DNA of 64,000 bases. Source: an uncultured Candidatus Rokubacteria bacterium. GTDB taxonomy: Bacteria > Methylomirabilota > Methylomirabilia > Rokubacteriales > DASRDR01. Made by a program: the position numbers and the translations under genes. This document shows positions 38,633-48,020 of this stretch, piece after piece (the stretch's first letter is position 1; the number at the start of each line of letters is the position of its first letter). Under the pieces are notes generated by a model. The model was not told where the DNA came from. It was given only the letters and a program-made list of their open reading frames with translations, and searched no databases. Where the stretch lies: assembly GCA_963826115.1 (NCBI GenBank), contig CAWGVS010000005.1:1-64000 (forward strand), written 5' to 3'.

Positions 38633-39400
38633 TCACTCGCCGAGGAACCAGCGGCGCTTGACCGGCGGGTGGTAGGTGAGGCCGAAGTGGCGCGTCGCGG
38701 CGTCGAGGATGACGGTCACGGCCTCCTCGACCGAGTCCGTCACCGTGAACCGCTTGGGATCGGCGGGATCCACCACGGCCTCCTGGACGAGGCGCGTCTC
38801 GATGAAGTCCATGAGCGGATGCCAGAAATCCTGGCCCATCAGCACCAGCGGGAAGTCCCGGATCTTCCCGGTCTGGATGAGGACCGCCAGCTCGAAGATC
38901 TCGTCGAGCGTCCCGAACCCGCCGGGGAGCGCGACGAACGCGTAGGAGTACTTCACCAGCATGACCTTCCGCACGTAGAAGTGCCGGAAGGTGATCCAGC
39001 GGTCGAGGTAGGGGTTCGGCTCCTGCTCCTGCGGCAGCTCGATGTTGCACCCGACCGACCGGCCCCCGACCTCGCGCGCGCCCCGGTTCGCGCCCTCCAT
39101 GATGCCGGGCCCACCCCCGGTCATCACGGTGAACCCGGCCCGCGCCAGGCGCGCGCCGAGCTGGCGGGCGACGACGTAGTAGGGGTGTGTCTCGGGGAAG
39201 CGCGCCGACCCGAACACGGTGACGCACGGGCCCACGAAGTGGAGGGCCCGGAACCCGCGCATGAACTCCGCGAAGATCTTGAGGGCCCGCCAGAGCTCGA
39301 CGCTCCGCCGCTCCGGCCCGCGGAGGAACTGGATCTCCTCCGGCCCCCCGGGCGTCTTGCCCCACTCCGCGTTCTTGGATCGCTTCCCGAACCGCGGCAC
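38633..39400 (-). CDS. LOG family / TIGR00730 Rossmann-fold nucleotide phosphoribohydrolase
   Basis: VFGSAR, TGGGPGIMEGAN, EQEPNPY, FYVRKVML, PGGFGTLDE. Confidence 0.92.
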   Translation of the reverse strand: MPRFGKRSKNAEWGKTPGGPEEIQFLRGPERRSVELWRALKIFAEFMRGFRALHFVGPCVTVFGSARFPETHPYYVVARQLGARLARAGFTVMTGGGPGIMEGANRGAREVGGRSVGCNIELPQEQEPNPYLDRWITFRHFYVRKVMLVKYSYAFVALPGGFGTLDEIFELAVLIQTGKIRDFPLVLMGQDFWHPLMDFIETRLVQEAVVDPADPKRFTVTDSVEEAVTVILDAATRHFGLTYHPPVKRRWFLGE

Positions 39401-39485
39401 GGGCTACATGATGGCCCCCGGGGGGGCCCCCGGCAAATGTTCGCGGGGCCCGGTTCGGCCGCCATTCCGGCGCCTGCCGGAGAGC

Positions 39486-39547
39486 TTGCGGCCGGGCGGG
39501 GCTGCCCCTATAGTCGGGGGAACGGCCCGACCCCCAAGGTCGGGCCG
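39486..39547 (+). promoter_or_regulatory. Sigma70-type promoter followed by a leader hairpin, upstream of the DAHP synthase
   Basis: TTGCGG-17-TATAGT (39486-39514); hairpin CGGCCCGACC-ccca(a)-GGTCGGGCCG (39523-39547). Confidence 0.5.
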
Positions 39548-39623
39548 AAGCCATCGGCGCACCTCACGCGCCCAGGGAGCCCTGGAGGCGTAACCCCGTG
39601 TCAATCAAAGCGGAGATCGAGCT

Positions 39624-40694
39624 GTGAACCTGCGCGCGACCGACGACCTCCGGATCGACCGGCTCCGGCCGCTGATCCCGCCCGCCATCCTCATGGAGCA
39701 GTACGCGCTCACCGAGCAGGCGTCCAACACGATCGCGGAGGGGCGCGAGGCCATCAACCGCGTCCTCCGGGACGAGGACGACCGACTCCTGGTGGTGGTC
39801 GGGCCCTGCTCGATCCACGACGTGGAGGCCGCGCGCGACTACGCGGCGCGCCTCCGGCACGCCGCGGACCGGCTCGCCGACGACCTCCTGCTCGTGATGC
39901 GCGTCTACTTCGAGAAGCCCCGGACGACGGTCGGCTGGAAGGGCCTCATCAACGACCCGAAGCTCGACGAGAGCTTCGCGATCAACGACGGGCTCGCCCT
40001 CGCGCGGAGCCTCCTCCTCGACCTCGCCAAGATGGGCCTCCCGGCCGGCTGCGAGTTCCTGGACACGATCACGCCCCAGTTCATCGCCGACCTGGTGTCG
40101 TGGGGGGCGATCGGCGCCCGCACCACCGAGAGCCAGGTGCACCGGGAGCTCGCCTCGGGGCTCTCGATGCCGGTCGGGTTCAAGAACGGCACCGACGGCA
40201 ACGTCCAGATCGCCGTCGACGCGATCCGCGCGGCGATGCACCCCCACCAGTTCCTCTCGGTGACGAAGCAGGGGCTGGCGGCGATCGTCGTGACGCGCGG
40301 CAACGACGCGTGCCACGTGATCCTCCGCGGCGGCCACAAGCGGCCGAACTACCACGCCGAGGACATCGAGCAGACCGCGAAGGTGCTGACGCGCGCCGGC
40401 CTCCCGCCGCGGATCATGGTGGACTGCTCCCACGGCAACAGCGGCAAGGACCACACGCGCCAGCCGGCCGTGGCGCGGGACATCGCCGCCCAGATCGCCG
40501 AGGGGCAGCGTCACGTCTTCGGGATCATGCTCGAGAGCCACCTGGTGGGCGGCCGGCAGGACGCGCGGCCGGGACAGGCGCTCGCCTACGGGCAGAGCAT
40601 CACCGATGCCTGCCTCGCGTGGGACGACACGCTCCCGGTGCTGGACGACCTCGCCAAGGCGGTCCGGGCGCGCCGCGTGAAGCCGCGTGACTGA
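39624..40694 (+). CDS. aroG: 3-deoxy-7-phosphoheptulonate (DAHP) synthase, class I-alpha
   Basis: VGPCSIHD, RVYFEKPRTTVGWKGLINDP, IGARTTESQVHRELASGLS, DCSHGNS, YGQSITDAC; aroF/G/H isotype cannot be resolved. Confidence 0.95.
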   Translation: MNLRATDDLRIDRLRPLIPPAILMEQYALTEQASNTIAEGREAINRVLRDEDDRLLVVVGPCSIHDVEAARDYAARLRHAADRLADDLLLVMRVYFEKPRTTVGWKGLINDPKLDESFAINDGLALARSLLLDLAKMGLPAGCEFLDTITPQFIADLVSWGAIGARTTESQVHRELASGLSMPVGFKNGTDGNVQIAVDAIRAAMHPHQFLSVTKQGLAAIVVTRGNDACHVILRGGHKRPNYHAEDIEQTAKVLTRAGLPPRIMVDCSHGNSGKDHTRQPAVARDIAAQIAEGQRHVFGIMLESHLVGGRQDARPGQALAYGQSITDACLAWDDTLPVLDDLAKAVRARRVKPRD

Positions 40695-41484
40695 GGTGGC
40701 GGGCGAGGCCCTCGCGGGCCGCGTCGCCCTCGTCACCGGGGCGGGCGCGGGGATCGGACGCGCGACGGCGCTCGCCCTCGCCCGCGCGGGCGCGGACCTC
40801 GCCGTCAACGACCTCCGCGCCGACGCCGCCGAGAAGGTCGCGGGCGAGGCGCGGGCGCTCGGGCGGAAGGCGCTCGCGGTCCCGGCCGACGTGTCGGCGG
40901 TGCCGGAGATCGAGCGCCTGATCGCGCGCGTGACCGCGGGCCTCGGGCGACTCGACGTCCTCGTGAACAACGCCGGGCTGATCCGGCCCACGCCGTTCGG
41001 CCAGGTCACCGAGCGCGACTGGGACGAGACCTTCGCGGTCAACGCGCGGGGCCTCTTCTTCTGCATGCAGGCGGCCGCGCCGGTGATGATCGCCCAGGGC
41101 TCGGGCGTCATCGTGAACGTGTCGTCCATCGCCGGCCGCGGCTCGGCGAGCCTGTCCCCGCCCTACGCCGCCAGCAAGACGGCGGTCCTGTCGCTCACCC
41201 AGCAGGCCGCGCGGGCGCTCGCCCGGCACGGCGTCCGGGTGAACGCGGTCTGCCCGGGCGTCGTCGACACCGACTTCAACTGGCGGCTCGACGACCTGCT
41301 CGGCGTCCGCCAGCAGGGCCTCGCCGCCGGCGAGTTCATGAAGCAGCGCGCCGCCAGCGTGCCGCTCGGCCGGCTGGCCGAGCCCGACGACATCGCCCGC
41401 GTGATCGTCTTCCTCGCCTCGCCCGCCGGCGGCTACATCACGGGGCAGGCGGTCACCGTCGACGGCGGCTTCCTGATGCACTGA
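40687..41484 (+). CDS. SDR family oxidoreductase
   Basis: TGAGAGIG, NNAG, YAASK, VNAVCPG. Confidence 0.93.
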   Translation: MTEVAGEALAGRVALVTGAGAGIGRATALALARAGADLAVNDLRADAAEKVAGEARALGRKALAVPADVSAVPEIERLIARVTAGLGRLDVLVNNAGLIRPTPFGQVTERDWDETFAVNARGLFFCMQAAAPVMIAQGSGVIVNVSSIAGRGSASLSPPYAASKTAVLSLTQQAARALARHGVRVNAVCPGVVDTDFNWRLDDLLGVRQQGLAAGEFMKQRAASVPLGRLAEPDDIARVIVFLASPAGGYITGQAVTVDGGFLMH

Positions 41485-41541
41485 CCGGCGGGCGCCGCCG
41501 CCCGCCGGGGACGCCCGAACTTCCGGGGCGTCTCGCTCGTT
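41485..41541 (+). promoter_or_regulatory. Hairpin (41485-41508) followed by a putative ECF-sigma promoter
   Basis: CCGGCGGGCG-ccgc-CGCCCGCCGG; GAAC-17 nt-CGTT at 41517-41541. Confidence 0.4.
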
Positions 41542-41619
41542 CAATGGATGTCGACCCGCGGGCGACCGGAGCGCCGCGCGCCCGCCCTGGAGCCATTCGC
41601 ACCCCGAGGGAGGTTCTCC

Positions 41620-42492
41620 ATGACGATCACGCGCCGCGCCGTCCTCGCCGGCGGACTGAGCCTCGCCGTCCTGCCGCTCCGGGCCCAGCTGGCCTCCGCC
41701 CAGACCGCGGCTCCGGTGAGGGAGATCACGCCGCTCGCCGGGCCGGTCTATCGCTTCCGGAACAACTTCCACTACTCGGTGTTCGCGGTGACCCCCGAAG
41801 GGATCATCGCGACCGATCCGATCAACGCCGACGCCGCCCGCTGGCTGAAGGCCGAGATCGCCAAGAGCTTCTCCCAGCCGGTCCGGTTCCTGATCTACAG
41901 CCACGACCACGCCGACCACAGCTCGGGGGGTGAGGTCTTCGCGGACACCGCCCGCGTCGTGGCCCACGAGAACGCCCGAAGGACGATCCTCGCCGAGAGG
42001 CGCCCCACGGCCGTGCCGCAGGTGGCGTTCAACGACCGGATGATGATCGAGCTGGGCGGCACCGCGGTCGAGCTCTCGCACGTCGGCCGGAACCACTCGG
42101 ACAACTCGATCGTCATGCGGTTCCCGAAGGAGCGGATCCTGTTCGCGGTCGACTTCATCCCGGTGAAGGGGGTCGGGTTCCGCGACTGGCCGGACGCCTA
42201 CATCGAGGACTGGATCGAGTCGCTCCGGCGGGTGGAGGCCATGGACTTCGACGTGCTCGTCCCCGGCCACGGCCCGGTCGGGACGAAGGAAGACGTGAGC
42301 GCCTTCCGCGTGTACATGGAGGAGCTCCGGGACGCGGTGACGCGCCTCGCCCGCGAGGGGAAGAGCGAGCAGGAGGTCGTGCAGGCCGTCAAGCTCCCGA
42401 AGTACGAGAGCTGGGGCGGGTACAAGGACACGTTCGAGCTCAACGTGGCCGGGATGTACCGGCACGTCCAGTCGCACCGCCGGCCGAACTGA
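41620..42492 (+). CDS. Tat-exported MBL-fold metallo-hydrolase
   Basis: Tat signal MTITRRAVLAGGL...ASA; SHDHADH, NHSD, FAVD, PGHG. Confidence 0.9.
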   Translation: MTITRRAVLAGGLSLAVLPLRAQLASAQTAAPVREITPLAGPVYRFRNNFHYSVFAVTPEGIIATDPINADAARWLKAEIAKSFSQPVRFLIYSHDHADHSSGGEVFADTARVVAHENARRTILAERRPTAVPQVAFNDRMMIELGGTAVELSHVGRNHSDNSIVMRFPKERILFAVDFIPVKGVGFRDWPDAYIEDWIESLRRVEAMDFDVLVPGHGPVGTKEDVSAFRVYMEELRDAVTRLAREGKSEQEVVQAVKLPKYESWGGYKDTFELNVAGMYRHVQSHRRPN

Positions 42493-42505
42493 CCCGAGCC
42501 GTCCC

Positions 42506-42539
42506 GCCGTCCCGCCGCGCCCTCGGGCGGCGGGACGGC
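42506..42539 (+). terminator. GC-rich 13-bp hairpin after the MBL gene (no U-tract)
   Basis: GCCGTCCCGCCGC / GCGGCGGGACGGC perfect stem. Confidence 0.4.
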
Positions 42540-42556
42540 GGTGATCCCCACCACCA

Positions 42557-43174
42557 GTGCGCGGGCTCGAGCAGATCCCCTGGCTGTACGACGCGACCCT
42601 CGCGCTCGCCGAGCGCGCGGGGCTCAGGCGCTGGCGGGAGTGGCTTTGCGCGGGGGCCGAGGGCCGCGTCCTCGACCTCGGCTGCGGCACGGGCCGGAAC
42701 CTGCCGCTGCTCCCGCCGGGCTCGGTCGGGGTCGATCCCGCGCTGGATCCGCTCCGGCGCGCTCGCCGGCGCGCCCCCGCCGCGCGGCTCGTCCAGGCCC
42801 GGGCCGAGGCGCTGCCGTTCCGCGCCGCGGCCTTCGACACCGTGGTGAGCGGGCTCGTCTTCTGCAGCGTCGACGACCCGGCCGCGGGACTCGCGGAGGT
42901 CGCCCGCGTCCTCCGGTCCGGCGGGACGCTCCGCATGCTCGAGCACGTGCGGTCCGAGCGCCCCTGGCGCGCCCGGGTCCAGGACCTGATCCAGCCCGCG
43001 TGGACCCGCGTCGCCGGCGGCTGCCGGCCGAACCGCGACACCGAGCGGACCGTCGAGGCCGCCGGCTTCGCGATCGACCGGGGCACCCGGCGCGCGCAGG
43101 GCAACCTGCGGCGCTTCGTGGCCCGATCGGCGGCGGATGCTCGGCCCGTTGCCGCCGCGGCGCCGGGGCGCTAG
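42557..43174 (+). CDS. Class I SAM-dependent methyltransferase
   Basis: VLDLGCGTGRNL, AEALPF, FDTVV, CSVDDP, LEHVRS. Confidence 0.9.
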   Translation: MRGLEQIPWLYDATLALAERAGLRRWREWLCAGAEGRVLDLGCGTGRNLPLLPPGSVGVDPALDPLRRARRRAPAARLVQARAEALPFRAAAFDTVVSGLVFCSVDDPAAGLAEVARVLRSGGTLRMLEHVRSERPWRARVQDLIQPAWTRVAGGCRPNRDTERTVEAAGFAIDRGTRRAQGNLRRFVARSAADARPVAAAAPGR

Positions 43175-43213
43175 CATCACGTCGCGATCCCTCGAGGTCG
43201 CGCGCCCGAACCC

Positions 43214-43561
43214 ATGGCAATCCAGATCGTCCGAACGCCCATCACGCTGGCGGAGTTGCGGAGGATGGCTCGCGACCAGTTCGGTGACATGGTGAAGGCG
43301 GTGGTGGATCTGGAGCACGGAATCATGGCGGTTGGCGGGGAGCTTCAGGCCGACGAGGAGGCTCTCCTGCTCGACCAGGGTTCTCGTCAGACCGATCTCT
43401 GGGGCATCAACGTGTACCCCGACGCGGCGGCCGCCGAGCGGGTCGAGTTCGACTCGATGATCAACGTGCGCCCCGGGCAGGGGAATCGGACCCGTTCCGT
43501 CGACGATCCGGCTCGGCGCGATCGCATCCAAGAGGTCGTACGTCGGCTGGTCCAGGAATGA
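43214..43561 (+). CDS. DUF5674-like protein
   Basis: MVKAVVDL..GIMAVGGELQADEEALLLDQGSRQTDLWGINVYP...EFDSMINVRP.QGNR. Confidence 0.8.
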   Translation: MAIQIVRTPITLAELRRMARDQFGDMVKAVVDLEHGIMAVGGELQADEEALLLDQGSRQTDLWGINVYPDAAAAERVEFDSMINVRPGQGNRTRSVDDPARRDRIQEVVRRLVQE

Positions 43562-43881
43562 CGACGTCGACGCCCCAGCATCGGGAGCTTGCCGAGGGTG
43601 GGTGGAAGCGGCTGACGCTGGCCGAGCAGCTGGCCAACGTCGGCGCCGAGGTCGGACGGATGCGCCGCCCTCGCGGCGCGACGGGAGCCTTCGAGCGCGC
43701 GCTCGAGCTCCTCGACCTCACGCTCGCCGACGACCGCTGGCGTGGTCGCCGCAAGGAGATCGCGCGGGCCCGCGAGCTTCTGTGCGACGCGGCCGCCGGC
43801 GGGCAGGAGTACGGGACCACCCTCGAGGACCTCGACCGCTACTTCCTCGCCTTCGCGGTCCTCGCCCGTCGCGGACGCTAG
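43558..43881 (+). CDS. Conserved helical hypothetical protein, coupled to the DUF5674 gene
   Basis: HRELAEGGW..LTLAEQLANVGAEVGR...AFERALELLDLT...KEIARARELLCD...LDRYFLAFA; ATGA overlap. Confidence 0.75.
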   Translation: MTTSTPQHRELAEGGWKRLTLAEQLANVGAEVGRMRRPRGATGAFERALELLDLTLADDRWRGRRKEIARARELLCDAAAGGQEYGTTLEDLDRYFLAFAVLARRGR

Positions 43882-43927
43882 CGCTCGTGGCGGCCCTCGG
43901 GGGGACGGTCGTACACTACCGATCACG

Positions 43928-45088
43928 ATGAGCGGGTCCACCGTCCGCCCGTTCGTGGTCGACGTCGCCGACGGCGTCCTGACGGACCTCCGCGAGCGCC
44001 TCGCGCGGACGCGGTGGCCGGACGAGCCGCCGGGGGGCGGCTGGCGCTACGGCACCGACCTCGCGTACCTCCGGGAGCTCTGCGAGCACTGGCGGACGCG
44101 CTACGACTGGCGCCGCCACGAGGCCCGGTTGAACGCCTTCCGCCAGTTCGTCACGCCGCTCGCGGGGATCGACGTCCACTTCATCCACGAGGCCGGCGCG
44201 GGGCCCGACCCCATGCCGCTGCTCCTCTCCCACGGCTGGCCGGGCTCGGTCTGGGAGTTCCACCAGGTCATTCCGCGGCTCACGGATCCCGCCCGGTTCG
44301 GCGCCGACGCGGCGGACAGCTTCACGGTCGTGGCGCCGTCGCTTCCGGGCTACGGGTTCTCGTTCCGGCCGGGCCAGCCCCGCTTCGGCGCGCCCGAGAT
44401 CGCCGGGGTCTTCGCCGCCCTCATGACGGACGTCCTCGGCTATCCGAAGTTCGGCGCGCAGGGTGGCGACTGGGGCTCGTTCGTCAGCGCGCGGCTCGCC
44501 GCCGACCATCCCGACCGCCTGATCGGCATCCACCTGAACCTGATGCCGCTCCGCCGCGACATCCCGCGCGACGCCGGCGCCCGGAGCCCCGAGGAGGCGG
44601 CGTACCTCGCGGAGCTCGACGAGTGGCTCAAGGAGGAGACGGGCTACCAGTGGATCCAGGGCACCCGGCCCCAGACCCTCGCCTACGGGCTCACCGACTC
44701 GCCCGCCGGGCTCGCGGGCTGGATCGTCGAGAAGCTCCGGCGCTGGACCGACTGCGGCGGCGACGTCGAGACGAGCCTCGGCCGCGACGACATCCTCACG
44801 ATGCTCACGATCTACTGGGCCACCGGGACGATCAACGCGTCGTTCTGGCCGTACTACGACCGGATGCACCGGGGCTGGCCGCTCCCCGCCGGGCGGATCG
44901 ACGTGCCGACGGGGTACGCCGAGTTCCCGCGCGAGATCCTCCACCCGCCGCGCGCCTGGGCCGAGCGCGCCTTCGACATCCGCCGCTGGACGCGGATGCC
45001 GCGCGGCGGCCACTTCGCGGCGCTGGAGGCCCCGGACCTCCTGGCCGAGGAAGTGCGCGCCTTCTTCCGACCCCTCCGCCGCCCATGA
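43928..45088 (+). CDS. Epoxide hydrolase (microsomal type, EHN plus alpha/beta hydrolase)
   Basis: RTRWP, YDWR..E..LN, HGWPGS, PSLPGYGFS, QGGDWG, DSPAGLA.WI.EK, GGHFAALE. Confidence 0.93.
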   Translation: MSGSTVRPFVVDVADGVLTDLRERLARTRWPDEPPGGGWRYGTDLAYLRELCEHWRTRYDWRRHEARLNAFRQFVTPLAGIDVHFIHEAGAGPDPMPLLLSHGWPGSVWEFHQVIPRLTDPARFGADAADSFTVVAPSLPGYGFSFRPGQPRFGAPEIAGVFAALMTDVLGYPKFGAQGGDWGSFVSARLAADHPDRLIGIHLNLMPLRRDIPRDAGARSPEEAAYLAELDEWLKEETGYQWIQGTRPQTLAYGLTDSPAGLAGWIVEKLRRWTDCGGDVETSLGRDDILTMLTIYWATGTINASFWPYYDRMHRGWPLPAGRIDVPTGYAEFPREILHPPRAWAERAFDIRRWTRMPRGGHFAALEAPDLLAEEVRAFFRPLRRP

Positions 45089-45984
45089 TGCCGGACTGGC
45101 CGCGGCCGCTGATCTCGCCGGCGGAGCTGGCCGCGCGCCTCGATCGCCCGGAGCTCCGCCTGATCGAGTGCGGCGTGACCTACACCGCGCTGCCGGACCG
45201 GAGCGACTTCCGCGCCGAGAGCGCGCGGCCCCGCTACGACGCGGGACACGTGCCCGGCGCGGTCTTCGTGGACCCGATCGCCGAGCTGTCCGATCCCGCG
45301 AGCCCGCTCCGCTTCACGATGCCGCCGCCCGAGCGCGTGGCCGAGGCCTTCGGCGCGCGGGGCGTCGGGCCGGGGACGTTCGTCGTGCTCTACTGCCGCG
45401 ACCACAACGTGTTCGCCGCGCGGCTCTGGTGGATGCTCCGCGCCATCGGCGTGGACGACGCGGCCGTCCTGGACGGCGGCTTCCAGCGGTGGGTCGCCGA
45501 GGGCCGACCGGCGTCCACCGACGCGCGGATCCACGCGCCGGCGCGGCTCGAGGCGCGCCCGCGCCCCGGGCTCTTCGTCGACAAGGCGGCCGTGCGCGCG
45601 TCCCTCGGCGACGCGGGCGTCGTGCTCGTCAACGCGCTCTCGGCCGAGCAGCACGCGGGCCAGGGCGGCGTGACCTACGGCCGCCCGGGCCGCATCCCGG
45701 GCAGCGTGTCGGTGCCGGCCCGCGCCCTCACCGACCCGGCGACCCACGCGTACTTGCCGCCGGAGCGGCTCCGAGCCGCGTTCGAGGCGACGGGCGCCCT
45801 GCCGCGCGCCGCCGCCGGCGGCCCGCGCGTCGTGACCTACTGCGGGGCGGGGATCGCCGCGTCGAGCGACGCCTTCGCGCTGTCGCTCCTCGGCGCCGCC
45901 GACGTCGCCGTCTACGACGGCTCGCTCGAGGAGTGGGCCCGCGATCCCGAGTCGCCGATGGAGTCCGGACCGGCGGCTCCGTGA
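45085..45984 (+). CDS. Tandem-rhodanese sulfurtransferase (SseA/MST-like)
   Basis: GHVPGA, AARLWWML, LDGG, GRIPGS, YCGAGIAA, YDGSLEEW. Confidence 0.92.
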   Translation: MMPDWPRPLISPAELAARLDRPELRLIECGVTYTALPDRSDFRAESARPRYDAGHVPGAVFVDPIAELSDPASPLRFTMPPPERVAEAFGARGVGPGTFVVLYCRDHNVFAARLWWMLRAIGVDDAAVLDGGFQRWVAEGRPASTDARIHAPARLEARPRPGLFVDKAAVRASLGDAGVVLVNALSAEQHAGQGGVTYGRPGRIPGSVSVPARALTDPATHAYLPPERLRAAFEATGALPRAAAGGPRVVTYCGAGIAASSDAFALSLLGAADVAVYDGSLEEWARDPESPMESGPAAP

Positions 45985-46646
45985 CCCTGGACGGCGCCGT
46001 CCCGCCGCTCCTGGTGCTCCTCGCGGCGGCCGGGCTGCTCGCGGGCCGCCGGGCACTCTGGCGGGACGGCCGCGCCGGTGGGACGCCGGCGCCCGCGTGG
46101 ACCGATGCCGGCATCGTGGTCCTGCTGGTCGCGCTGAGTGCTGCGCTGCTCCTCGCCATGGGCCGACCGCTCGTCTACCAGCGCGGGCCGGTCCGGCTCT
46201 GGTCGGGCGAGGTCCAGAGCGACCAGAACTCCCAGCAGCTGGCCGACCCCTACACGCTCACGCACGTCTCGCACGGCGTCCTCCTGTTCGGCCTGGTGAG
46301 CCTCGTCGGCCGGCGGCTCCGGGTCGGGACGCGGGTCGTCGTCGCGCTGGCCCTCGAATGCGCCTGGGAGGTTCTCGAGAACACCGACGCCGTGCTCCAG
46401 CGCTACCGCGCCGCGACGGTGTCGCTCGGCTACTACGGCGACAGCGTGCTGAACTCGGTGGGGGACATCCTGGCGGCGGCCGTCGGCTGCTTCTTGGCGG
46501 CGACGCTCCCGGTGTGGACCGTCGTCCTGGGGGTGGTTCTGGTCGAGGCCGTGCTGGCGGTCTGGATCCGGGACAACCTCGCGCTCAACATCGTGATGCT
46601 GCTCCGGCCGGTCGAGGCGATCCGCCGCTGGCAGCTGGGCGGATAG
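45981..46646 (+). CDS. DUF2585-like membrane protein
   Basis: LLAMGR, LWSG, NSQQLADPYTLTHVSHG, WEVLENT...QRYR, GYYGDSVLNSVGD, IRDNLALNIVML. Confidence 0.85.
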   Translation: MTLDGAVPPLLVLLAAAGLLAGRRALWRDGRAGGTPAPAWTDAGIVVLLVALSAALLLAMGRPLVYQRGPVRLWSGEVQSDQNSQQLADPYTLTHVSHGVLLFGLVSLVGRRLRVGTRVVVALALECAWEVLENTDAVLQRYRAATVSLGYYGDSVLNSVGDILAAAVGCFLAATLPVWTVVLGVVLVEAVLAVWIRDNLALNIVMLLRPVEAIRRWQLGG

Positions 46647-46650
46647 GACC

Positions 46651-47730
46651 GTGACACGGAGCCGTGCCGGGACCTGGGTCGCGCTCCTGGTCACGGCGTG
46701 CCTCGCGACCGGCGCCGGGGCGGCCGACGTCGCGCCGGGCGCCGCCGATCGCCTGGCCCTCGTCGAGGAGTCGGCCGGCGGCCAGGACGTCCTGGTGATC
46801 GACGTGGACCGCGGGAGGACGACGCGCGTGGCCCGCGGCCTCGCGGAGATCGACGGGCTCAGCTGGGCTCCCGACGGCGGCCGGCTCGCGTTCGGCGCGC
46901 GGCGGGGAGGCGGGCCGGCGATCTTCGTCGCGCGGAGCGACGGGTCGGAGCTGCGCAGGCTGGCCGCCGGGCGCGCGCCGTCCTGGTCGCCGGACGGGAC
47001 TCGGATCGCCTTCTCCGCGGCGCCGGCCGGCGACGAGGAGATCTTCGTCGTCCGCCTGGACTCCGGCTCGATCGCGGGCCTGACCGCGCATCCCGGGCGC
47101 GACGTGACGCCGCTGTGGGCGCCCGACGGCGCGCGCCTCGCGTTCGCCTCGAGCCGGAGCGAGAGCTCGCGCCTCCAGGGGCTCGAGTACGGCACCGAGA
47201 TCCACGTGATGGGCGCCGACGGCTCGGCGGTGCGCGCCGTGACCGCCGGGAACGCGTGCGGCCTCTCCAGCGAGAGCGAGGGGAAGCTCAACAGCCTCGG
47301 CCAGGCGGCGTGGACTCCCGACGGCCAGCGGCTCCTCTACCGCGGCGGGGTCTGCAAGATGGATTGCCGGGTGTGCGTCGTCGACGTGGCCGGCGGCCGC
47401 GTCCGCCCGCTGGTGGCGGAGCGGATGGTGACGGCCTTCGCGCTGGCCCCCGACGGGCGGTCGGTCGCGTGGACGCGCGACCGCCAGATCGTCGTGTCCG
47501 ACCTCGAGGGAAACGGGCGCCGCACCCTGGTCCCGGACGGGTGGGGGCCGGCGTGGTCGCGGGACGGCCGGCGGATCGCGTTCCTGGTCACGGCGGGGTC
47601 GGACCCGTTCGCCCGCCGTTACCACGTCGAGACGATCGAGCCCGACGGCGGGAACCGGCGCCGCGTGACCCAGCGCCCCGGCAACTACTGGGGCCTCGCG
47701 TGGTCGCCGGTCCCCGCCGGGCGACCCTGA
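46651..47730 (+). CDS. Secreted TolB-like PD40 beta-propeller protein
   Basis: Signal peptide; repeated WAPDG/WSPDG/WTPDG/WSRDG motifs. Confidence 0.87.
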   Translation: MTRSRAGTWVALLVTACLATGAGAADVAPGAADRLALVEESAGGQDVLVIDVDRGRTTRVARGLAEIDGLSWAPDGGRLAFGARRGGGPAIFVARSDGSELRRLAAGRAPSWSPDGTRIAFSAAPAGDEEIFVVRLDSGSIAGLTAHPGRDVTPLWAPDGARLAFASSRSESSRLQGLEYGTEIHVMGADGSAVRAVTAGNACGLSSESEGKLNSLGQAAWTPDGQRLLYRGGVCKMDCRVCVVDVAGGRVRPLVAERMVTAFALAPDGRSVAWTRDRQIVVSDLEGNGRRTLVPDGWGPAWSRDGRRIAFLVTAGSDPFARRYHVETIEPDGGNRRRVTQRPGNYWGLAWSPVPAGRP

Positions 47731-47733
47731 CCG

Positions 47734-47764
47734 CAACCGCGCCGCCCGTCGGGCGGCGCGGTTG
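47734..47764. terminator. Hairpin between convergent genes (possible bidirectional terminator)
   Basis: CAACCGCGCCGCCC-gtc-GGGCGGCGCGGTTG perfect 14-bp stem. Confidence 0.6.
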
Positions 47765-47773
47765 TGACGACGG

Positions 47774-47950
47774 CTACTTGTCCTTGATCGCGGCCTGAAC
47801 CTTCTTCGCGACGTCGGGCGGGATCGCGCTCATCCCGTGAGCGGTCTTCGCGTGCTCCGCGCCCTTCTTCATGACCTCGGCGACGTCGTGCCCCTCGATC
47901 ACGGCTTTGCAGCCCGGCATCAGGTCACCGCAGTGCAGCACCTTCGACAT
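47774..47950 (-). CDS. DUF1059 small metal-binding protein (58 aa; not in the ORF track)
   Basis: MSKVLHCGDLMPGCKAVIEGHDVAEVMKKGAEHAKTAHGMSAIPPDVAKKVQAAIKDK*; AAGGAGG RBS. Confidence 0.88.
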   Translation of the reverse strand: MSKVLHCGDLMPGCKAVIEGHDVAEVMKKGAEHAKTAHGMSAIPPDVAKKVQAAIKDK

Positions 47951-48020
47951 GGTGGACCTCCTTCAGCGAGTCGACGGATCGAACACCTCGACGTTAGACC
48001 CCGGGACGCGGGCGGTCAAC

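Noticed and set aside
35019-38675. Very long alternative ORFs (e.g. 35019-38675 +, 35113-38508 -, the 5' part of 12079-15678, 27371-30169 +)
   Set aside because: Shadow frames typical of very high GC DNA; Arg/Gly/Pro-rich, without motifs, and overlapping well-supported genes.
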